From Verrucomicrobiaceae bacterium (GTDB lineage Bacteria > Verrucomicrobiota > Verrucomicrobiia > Verrucomicrobiales > Verrucomicrobiaceae), in contig JAEUHK010000045.1 in the NCBI GenBank assembly GCA_016795465.1, forward strand, positions 39,785-103,784: DNA of 64,000 bases. Reading direction: 5' to 3'. The translations under genes were made by a program, and so were the position numbers. The stretch's first letter is position 1. Each line of letters begins with the position of its first letter. A model generated the notes under the pieces. It was not told the origin of the DNA. It searched no databases and worked only from the letters and a program-made list of their open reading frames with translations. Below are positions 57,168 through 64,000 of this stretch, in pieces.

Positions 57168-58673
57168 ATGCGCTTTCATCTCATCTCGACGCTGCTCATC
57201 GGTGCTCTTCTTGCCTGGCTCTGGCTAACGGACAATGTCATGCGCTCCCTCGCGGTGGTGCTGCTGGGCTTTGTGTGGTTCGTGATGAACGGTCTGTGGT
57301 GGGCATGGAAGGCCCGCGGCCGCCGTTTGCCTCGTTTCGGAGCTTTGGTGCTCGTGATGATCGTCATCGCGCTCTTCTTCCGCTTTGCCATTCGATACGA
57401 AGGCTCCGCCGATGGCTCAGCGTGGCCGCAGCTCGCGTTTCGCTGGCAGGCCAAGGACATGCCTGTCGTCCCGAAGCTCGCGGAAAAGCAGGCCGCGGCC
57501 ACCGCGGAGATCATTACACTGCCCGCGGGCTTGAAGGACATGCCACGCTTCCTTGGAGAGAAAGGCGATGGCATCCTTCCTGCCGTGCCTTTGGCCGCGA
57601 AACCACCGCGCGAGGTCTGGCGCATCGCGATGGGCGCAGGCTGGTCCGGCTTTGCCGTCGCGGGACATCGTGCGATCACCCAGGAGCAGCGTGACGACCT
57701 CGAATGCGTGACCTGCTACGACATCCGCGATGGAAAGCTGCTGTGGTCTCACACGGACAAAGCGCTCTTCACCGAGCTGCTCGGCGGCGATGGCCCACGT
57801 GCCACTCCCACGATCGACATCGGCACCAGCACAGTCTTCACGCTCGGCGGCACGGGCATCCTGAACTGTCTCGACCTCGTCACCGGCACGCCGAAGTGGC
57901 ATGCGGATGTGCTCAAAGATGGCGGAGCCTCGAAGAACCTCGAATGGGGAAAGAGCGCGGCACCGCTGCTCACACCGCAGCACGTCATTTGCTCAGGCGG
58001 AGACAATGGTGCGTCACTCATCGCTTATGATCGCAGCACAGGAAAACTCGCGTGGAAGGCCGGAACGGATGGTGGGAGCTATGCCTCGCCTGTTTTGATG
58101 AACCTCGCCGGACGCGAACAAATCGTCACGGTGAACCGCGGCAGTGTCACCGGGCATGATCCGGCGGATGGGAACATTCGATGGACCTTTGAATGGCCCG
58201 GCGGCTTCCCGAAAGTAGGCCAGCCGGTGGCCGCAGGCACGAATCGAGTGCTCATCACCTCCAGCTACGGATTGAAAAGCCATCTGCTCGAAGTCAGCGA
58301 TGCACCGCAGCCGAAAGTCATCTGGGCGGAGAGCAATCCGCGGACGAAATTTAGCAGCGCGAGCGTCAGCGGCGGTCACGCGTATGCGCTCGATGAAGGC
58401 ACGCTGTGCTGCGTGAAGCTCGAAAACGGCGAGCGGGTCTGGCGTGAAGGTCGCTACGGCTTTGGGCAGCAGATTCGAGTCGGTGAGGACCTGCTGCTCG
58501 TGCAGGCCGAGAAGGGTTTTGTGGCACTCGTGCAGCTTTCGCCGGAAAAACTCATCGAACTGGGCCGCATCGAGGCGCTCAAATCGAAGACGTGGAATCC
58601 GCCCACGCTTGCCGGACGCTGGCTGCTGCTGCGCAATGATCGCGAGGCAGTTTGCTACGAGCTGCAGCTGTGA
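57168..58673 (+). CDS. Membrane-anchored PQQ-like (BamB-type) beta-propeller protein
   Basis: Three N-terminal TMs, then G.GWSG, GPRATPT, G...W repeats, SYASP and TWNPP. Confidence 0.88.
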   Translation: MRFHLISTLLIGALLAWLWLTDNVMRSLAVVLLGFVWFVMNGLWWAWKARGRRLPRFGALVLVMIVIALFFRFAIRYEGSADGSAWPQLAFRWQAKDMPVVPKLAEKQAAATAEIITLPAGLKDMPRFLGEKGDGILPAVPLAAKPPREVWRIAMGAGWSGFAVAGHRAITQEQRDDLECVTCYDIRDGKLLWSHTDKALFTELLGGDGPRATPTIDIGTSTVFTLGGTGILNCLDLVTGTPKWHADVLKDGGASKNLEWGKSAAPLLTPQHVICSGGDNGASLIAYDRSTGKLAWKAGTDGGSYASPVLMNLAGREQIVTVNRGSVTGHDPADGNIRWTFEWPGGFPKVGQPVAAGTNRVLITSSYGLKSHLLEVSDAPQPKVIWAESNPRTKFSSASVSGGHAYALDEGTLCCVKLENGERVWREGRYGFGQQIRVGEDLLLVQAEKGFVALVQLSPEKLIELGRIEALKSKTWNPPTLAGRWLLLRNDREAVCYELQL

Positions 58674-58679
58674 GGCGCA

Positions 58680-60557
58680 TTACTTTTGCGACGGCTCGAA
58701 GCGTTTGCGAAGCTCGTTGAAGTAGCGGCGCACCTGCTCGCGACGTGCGGGCGGCAACGCGGCTTCATCGAGCGCGGCTTCCTCGGCCTGGATGGCTTCG
58801 AGCGTGGTCTGCGTGGCCGAGCGAGCGGCATCTTCCTTTCGCGCACCACCTTCCACACTGCGCACCGTGGCCTGGCCTTCGGCGTTTTGCTGCGCCTGCA
58901 CCATGTCACTCTTCGCGGTCTCCTGCTTCGTGGTCGGTGCGTTGTTCAGATCTGATTTGCCGACGCCGGGCTTGTCGCCGCTCGATGGCGATTGAGTCAT
59001 GAAACCGGGCTTGTTCGGATCGTTCGGTGCGTTCCCCGGCACGATGACCATGTTGTTCTTCGTTGGGTTCATCGGCGTCTGCCCCGGCACGGGTGCGACG
59101 AGCATCGGAGGTCCGGGCTGCCCCTGCTGGTTCGGCTGACCTTGCTGCCCGGGCTGTGCCATCATCATCTGCTGTTGCTGCCCCTGCCCCTGATTGTTTT
59201 GCGGCTGCTGCATCTGGTTCTGTTGCTGCTGCTGGCCAATGCCGGGCGGCGCGAGCATTTGCTGCTGCTGTTGATTTTGCGGACCGCCTTGCTGCTGGCC
59301 CATTTGCGGCACGCTTTGCTGGTTTTGCCCCTGCGGACCTTGCTGGCTGTTTTGCCCGAGTTCCTGCATCGCGCCGGTTTGATTCTCTCCGGTGATGCCG
59401 CTGCCTGCCTGACGAAGCTGCTCGGCGAGTTGTTGAAGCTGTTTTTGGGCTTCCTCACGCAAAGCGGCATCTCGCATCTTTTCGGCGAGTTGTTCAAACT
59501 CGGCTCCAGCGGCCTTGAGATCGCCTTTTTGCATCTGATCGCCTGCGCCGAGCACATGCTGGCCCACCATGCGTTTGCGATCCTGCTCCTCCGCGTTGTC
59601 CTGCACTTCCTTCAGCGTGTTGTTGAGCCGCTGCTTGGTCTCCGCGGAGATTTGCGGGCTCTTCAACTCGTCGCCGAGCTTTTCAGCGGCCTTTGCGGCA
59701 GCGGGAGAGTTCTTCGCGGCCACGGCATCGCCGAGATCGGCGGTGTCGGCATGCTTGCGGAGTTCCTCGACAAGCTTGTCGCTGGCCCAGTCGTCTTTTC
59801 CCTTCGCCAAGTCCTCGGCGAGCTTTTCAGCATCGCGTGCACGACGCTCAAGTTCGGCCAGCACCTGCTTCGCATCCTTGCCGCCCGCATCCGCGAGCTC
59901 GGCGGCGGTCTGTTCGAGCTTTGCCTTCAAATCTTCGACCTGCTTCTGCTCCTCCGCTTTGAGACCGGCGAGCTTCTTTTTATCCAAATCGAGCTTCGCC
60001 AGCTCTTTCGCGGCTTCAGCGGCCTTTGCAGCCATCACATCATCGAGCACGAGAATCTCCTCCGTGGGCGTCCGCACGGCACTGATGAGGCTGCCGAGCA
60101 TCACGAGCAGCAGCGGCAGCAGCAATGAACGCGCCGGACGCAGCGGCAGATCGCTCGAGAGCTTGCTCATCGCGGGTGTGAGGGCGGCCTTTTGAGCCTC
60201 GACATGTCGTTGAGCCGCCTCGGAGGCTTCGCGACGATCTTCAAACCACCACGCGTTCGCAAAGGCCTCGCGTCGTCCCGCGGCGGAATCCCACAAAGCG
60301 AGTGCGCTGAAGGCTCCGGGCCGGCGCAGCCACGCAAACACGAGGCCACCAATCTTCCAAAGCGCCAGCGTGCACCACAACGCGGCCACAATGCTCGCGC
60401 CACCGCGCAAAGCCCACAGCATCATCAGCGCGAGCACGATGCTCACCGGCCAGACGGTCTTTTGCAGCCATGCCAACCATCTCCGCAGCACCACACGCCC
60501 CTGCACCTTCCGCGCCACCGGCGCGAAAACACAGGCAGGACTGGCTGGCTCGCTCAT
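58680..60557 (-). CDS. Membrane coiled-coil protein with Q-rich linker (MoxR/vWA-system accessory type)
   Basis: N-terminal TMs, a long coiled coil, a Q/G/P low-complexity stretch, and C-terminal LPPARREQVRRYF. Confidence 0.8.
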   Translation of the reverse strand: MSEPASPACVFAPVARKVQGRVVLRRWLAWLQKTVWPVSIVLALMMLWALRGGASIVAALWCTLALWKIGGLVFAWLRRPGAFSALALWDSAAGRREAFANAWWFEDRREASEAAQRHVEAQKAALTPAMSKLSSDLPLRPARSLLLPLLLVMLGSLISAVRTPTEEILVLDDVMAAKAAEAAKELAKLDLDKKKLAGLKAEEQKQVEDLKAKLEQTAAELADAGGKDAKQVLAELERRARDAEKLAEDLAKGKDDWASDKLVEELRKHADTADLGDAVAAKNSPAAAKAAEKLGDELKSPQISAETKQRLNNTLKEVQDNAEEQDRKRMVGQHVLGAGDQMQKGDLKAAGAEFEQLAEKMRDAALREEAQKQLQQLAEQLRQAGSGITGENQTGAMQELGQNSQQGPQGQNQQSVPQMGQQQGGPQNQQQQQMLAPPGIGQQQQQNQMQQPQNNQGQGQQQQMMMAQPGQQGQPNQQGQPGPPMLVAPVPGQTPMNPTKNNMVIVPGNAPNDPNKPGFMTQSPSSGDKPGVGKSDLNNAPTTKQETAKSDMVQAQQNAEGQATVRSVEGGARKEDAARSATQTTLEAIQAEEAALDEAALPPARREQVRRYFNELRKRFEPSQK

Positions 60558-60765
60558 GCCGTGCATTTCAGCGCAGAATGCCGTGAAGGCGAGTGATTAA
60601 AACGAATGCACCCCTCAAAGCCTCCGACGCATCACCGGCTCGATCGACCGCGATCTCATCACGCGGGCTTGTGATACCATGCTGAAAGATAGCTGCTGGA
60701 CATGGTCGAAGTCTCTGCCGTCGAGCACCTCTGCGAGCCGCTTTGCCTTAGCCTCACGCTTGGCA

Positions 60766-62076
60766 TCACGGGAATGGATAAGTCACCTTGATTGCCCCGA
60801 AACGCATCGTGCTTGCTGGAACGGCAATCTGATCTTCCACCGTGACCACTTGGTAAGTGCCGTCCGTGGCGACCACGTTTACGCTGGCGGCAGCCGGTGA
60901 CAAGGTGAGCGGCGCTGCACCAAAGTGGGCTACGCAAGTCATGCCGGAGGCGTCGGACACACGGCGCACAAAAGTGGCCTTGATGCGCCGCTGGTCCCCC
61001 GTGCCAACCACCTGCAAATCAGGCAGTCCGAGGTTGAGGATGGTGGCTCCGCTGGTGGCAACGGTCGAACGACTGCCAAGCTTGGGATTCGAACCAAAAG
61101 TGAACTCAAGGAGGTTGTTGATGCCGTCTCCGTCGTAGTCATCCGTCTGACCTGAACCCGTTCCGGACAACTGGTGGAGCTTCTGCCAGTGCAAGTAGGT
61201 GTCCACAGGCCCTGTGTTCTGCACCGTCATAGACGAGACCAAGGGATGGCTGGAAAGCTCCTCCCAGCCAAAGGAGCCCACCTTGCTGCCCGATGTGTTT
61301 TGCACTCGAAGAGCCCAGCGATAGCTCCCGCCTTGAGCGCGTGCCGGGATGGGAAGCGTCACCCGATAGGTGCCGCTCGTGTTGTTGCCACTCGTCCGGT
61401 TTGCCACGCTGAGCGATGTTTCCACAAACGCGCTTGTGAAAGGATCATACAGCCGAAAATAGCCGAGATCAGGGGTCGCATTCCCCTGCATGATCACATC
61501 ACAGGTCACAACAGCAGCCGCCGAAGTCACATTTACAGGGTTGGGGCTGAAACTGATGGACGACACAGAGGTCATCAGCGGGTCTGGGACGGCTCCGATC
61601 ATCATCTGCGTGCTACCGCGCGGCTTCCCCGCTTTCCCAGCGATGCAGATAAAGTAGGTGTTGCCACCAGTCGCATTCATCCAGATACGGCTCGTCGGCA
61701 GTCCATTCGCATCATCGTTCGCGTGTACCAACGTCAGGCTCCCGATACCAGGCCCCGTCCAGATGGACAGAACGGTGTCAATGCCACTGCCAGCGGTGGT
61801 GATCTCATACCAGCCGCCGAACTCAGGTTCCCACCTGTACCAAATCGAGGCCTGATGGCTGGCGGCGGTAAATCCAGACGGCACCTGCTCGTTCGTTTGC
61901 GTGGTGGCATCCACGTTGGTGCCCGGCCAGAACACTCCCGAACTCTCATAAACAATCTGCCAGTTTGCGAACATGTCATTGGCAGGCGGCGCTGCATGGA
62001 CAGCAGAGACTAGCATGCCAAACAACAGGACTAGGAGGCTCAGGGGGTGACGTAGGACGCTCGGACGAGTATGCAT
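60766..62076 (-). CDS. Secreted beta-rich protein with verrucomicrobial-type C-terminal domain
   Basis: Signal peptide, PPANDMFAN/PPC-like domain, and a DYDGDGINNLLEFTFGSNP...RF tail. Confidence 0.8.
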   Translation of the reverse strand: MHTRPSVLRHPLSLLVLLFGMLVSAVHAAPPANDMFANWQIVYESSGVFWPGTNVDATTQTNEQVPSGFTAASHQASIWYRWEPEFGGWYEITTAGSGIDTVLSIWTGPGIGSLTLVHANDDANGLPTSRIWMNATGGNTYFICIAGKAGKPRGSTQMMIGAVPDPLMTSVSSISFSPNPVNVTSAAAVVTCDVIMQGNATPDLGYFRLYDPFTSAFVETSLSVANRTSGNNTSGTYRVTLPIPARAQGGSYRWALRVQNTSGSKVGSFGWEELSSHPLVSSMTVQNTGPVDTYLHWQKLHQLSGTGSGQTDDYDGDGINNLLEFTFGSNPKLGSRSTVATSGATILNLGLPDLQVVGTGDQRRIKATFVRRVSDASGMTCVAHFGAAPLTLSPAAASVNVVATDGTYQVVTVEDQIAVPASTMRFGAIKVTYPFP

Positions 62077-62198
62077 GACCAGTCGAAAACACGTTTGGGG
62101 GATGGAACAGTCGAATCACGACAGACAATACTGCCATCGCAGTGTTCGGTCATTTTTGCCCCGCGTCAAAGGCGATGAACCACAACCTGCCATGCGGT

Positions 62199-62230
62199 AA
62201 AAAAAAGAGGTGGGTTCATCACCCACCTCT
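62199..62230 (-). terminator. Rho-independent terminator
   Basis: AGAGGTGGGT-tcatc-ACCCACCTCT stem followed on the minus strand by a T8 run, just after the stop at 62252. Confidence 0.85.
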
Positions 62231-62251
62231 CTCTTTGGTTATCGATCTTAT

Positions 62252-64000
62252 TTACTGCCCCAGCAGCAGGCTCGTCGAGCCGTCTGAGAAGGTGATGTGC
62301 ACGAGAATGTTGCCGTTGTCGTCAAGGCAGACGGATTCAAACTTGCGGTCATCCGTGGTCGCGCCGGGCAGGGAGATGCCAGCGATGGTCTTGACTCCTT
62401 GGCTGGTGTTGATGCTGTCTCCCACCTTCAAGACAAGGCGGAAGGCTCCGCTGTCGAAGTGGCTCCGCCACAGGCCGTAGCTGCCCGCATTGGTGGACGC
62501 AGTGAAGGCCACGTGATCGCGATCACCGATCACAGGGTGATCGAAGTTGGTGAACGTCTCTCCGGGGAGACCAGGAGCAGCATCACCCACCATGGCCACG
62601 ATGTCGGTGCTCGTGGAGCTGGTGGTCATGATGGCACGTGTCTCCGTGACACCATTCGAGAGGCCAACGCGGTAGGCGATGGTGCTCTGAGAGTTGCTGA
62701 AGGGGCTCCAAACGCTCGTCACGGTGCTGCCGACCGGGATGGAACTGACCTCGGCATTGCCGTCGCCCGTGCGGATCACAGGTGCCAGGGCTCCGCCGTC
62801 TCTATACCAGATGCCCTGGCCCCTGGTCCCGCCTGCGTTGTCGCCGTCCTGGTTGAGGAAGCCGCGGAAGGCAATGCCGCCATCGAACACGGTGGGGCGT
62901 TCAAAGGCACGGAAGGTGGCACCACCGGTGCCGGGGGCGCTGCTGCCCACTCGCGCATCGAGGACGACACCCGGCGTGCCGGGAGGAGTCCCTCCTGAGC
63001 GGCTATAGATGCCCTGGATGTGGGCGGTGCCCACCAGCTCCCAGCCGATGAAGCCGAGGCCGCCGGAAGGGCTGAGGCGTGGATCGCTGGAATTGCCGTC
63101 GAGCGCCACCCAGGTGCCACCACCAGGTGCCGCCTGACCTTCTTCGGCCACCACGGTGACGACCGTGGCCGGGGCGCTGACATCCAGATGGAGCAGTGCG
63201 GTTCCGCTGCTGAGGCGGGCGTTGATGGCGAGGGTGTTTGCGGATGAGGATGTCACGGCGAAACCGCTGCGGAAGGTTTTGGCCACGCTCGTGCCGGGCA
63301 CGTTGTCTCCTTCGCGAAGAACGAGGCGCAAGGTGCCTCCGCCAAGCTCGCTCCACAGCCCCTGATTGTCCGCGGCGGTGACCTCGGGGATGCCTGTGCC
63401 CATCCGCAGGCTGCCATAGAAGCTGATGAAGCCACTCGGGCTGATGGCGGGATTCAGCGGGAGCATGTCAAACAGCGCACCGCCGGTCTCAGGGGCGGCT
63501 GAGCCGCTGCGTGCCTTCAGACGCGTGTCCACGGTGTCATACTTCCAGATGCCCTGGAAATCATTCACGGTGACGGGCGGGGTGCCGGAGCCCACTTCCA
63601 TATGCCCCCGGAAGGCCAGCGCACCGCTGTTGGACATGACCGCTCCCTGCCGGATGGACTCCCACTTGCCCAGCGAGCTGGTGGCATCGCCGTTGGGGGC
63701 ATCAATCGCGCCTCCGCCCGTGCCTCCGCCAGCGCTGGCGGTTTGGCCCAGGACCAGCGGTGGCAGCGGAGCCCGCGTGATGGTCACGGTGTAGGTTTTC
63801 TGCGTGACCATGTCTGGCGCGGTCACACGCACCGCGAAGGTGTTGCCGCCGGTGTTGAGGCTGATGGCACCCGTGAACGAGCCGGAGGTCAGTGTGGTGA
63901 AGGGGCGGCCGTTGATGCTGAGCTCCAGAGTCGCCGCCGAGTCTGCCACCGCCGCATTGATCTGCGCGGAGATGGTCTGGTTCGGCAGGTCCAGCGTGTA
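62252..64000 (-). CDS. Large secreted protein (5' partial): cadherin-like beta-sandwich plus NxxGxxAF-type propeller repeats
   Basis: Frame open to the window end. VRVTAPD..TQKTYTVTITR is cadherin-like. Repeats NSGALAF, GGIAF and DHVAF alternate with G..APG. Confidence 0.8.
   Translation of the reverse strand, partial: YTLDLPNQTISAQINAAVADSAATLELSINGRPFTTLTSGSFTGAISLNTGGNTFAVRVTAPDMVTQKTYTVTITRAPLPPLVLGQTASAGGGTGGGAIDAPNGDATSSLGKWESIRQGAVMSNSGALAFRGHMEVGSGTPPVTVNDFQGIWKYDTVDTRLKARSGSAAPETGGALFDMLPLNPAISPSGFISFYGSLRMGTGIPEVTAADNQGLWSELGGGTLRLVLREGDNVPGTSVAKTFRSGFAVTSSSANTLAINARLSSGTALLHLDVSAPATVVTVVAEEGQAAPGGGTWVALDGNSSDPRLSPSGGLGFIGWELVGTAHIQGIYSRSGGTPPGTPGVVLDARVGSSAPGTGGATFRAFERPTVFDGGIAFRGFLNQDGDNAGGTRGQGIWYRDGGALAPVIRTGDGNAEVSSIPVGSTVTSVWSPFSNSQSTIAYRVGLSNGVTETRAIMTTSSTSTDIVAMVGDAAPGLPGETFTNFDHPVIGDRDHVAFTASTNAGSYGLWRSHFDSGAFRLVLKVGDSINTSQGVKTIAGISLPGATTDDRKFESVCLDDNGNILVHITFSDGSTSLLLGQ

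Noticed and set aside
60615-60765. Short minus-strand frame (AKREAKAKRLAEVLDGRDF...) that could be a gene remnant
   Set aside because: No start codon, no recognisable family, and too short to support.

Overview
High-GC bacterial chromosomal window, most likely Verrucomicrobiota (Prosthecobacter-like). That call is inferred from the PEP-CTERM and TIGR04073-type genes, the long-form GreA, the PVC-style sulfatase, DUF1080 and BatA genes, and verrucomicrobial-type secreted proteins. It holds about 55 densely packed CDS, mostly housekeeping or accessory singletons (ispF, fbaA, long GreA, CCA enzyme, trxB, ligA, queD, scpA, psd, folP, pduO), plus one tRNA-Val(GAC). No integrase, transposase, CRISPR array or rRNA was seen. 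The standout is a stand-alone 1686-aa NLR-like protein (43006-48066) with the order metallophosphoesterase, putative inactive REase-like domain, NACHT NTPase, pentapeptide repeats, 12 WD40 repeats. The WD40 units are 126-bp near-identical repeats that vary mainly at predicted binding-surface positions and fall into two apparently recombined sub-families, as in fungal HET-E-type immune receptors. Other oddities are a MenD lacking its N-terminal domain, an L,D-transpeptidase lacking its catalytic Cys, a CarF/TMEM189-like desaturase heading a lipid-enzyme run, a plant-type glucuronokinase, a duplicated BatA 5' end bracketing a small insert, and several intergenic hairpin or REP-like elements. All product calls come from motif recognition by eye; no database search was run.
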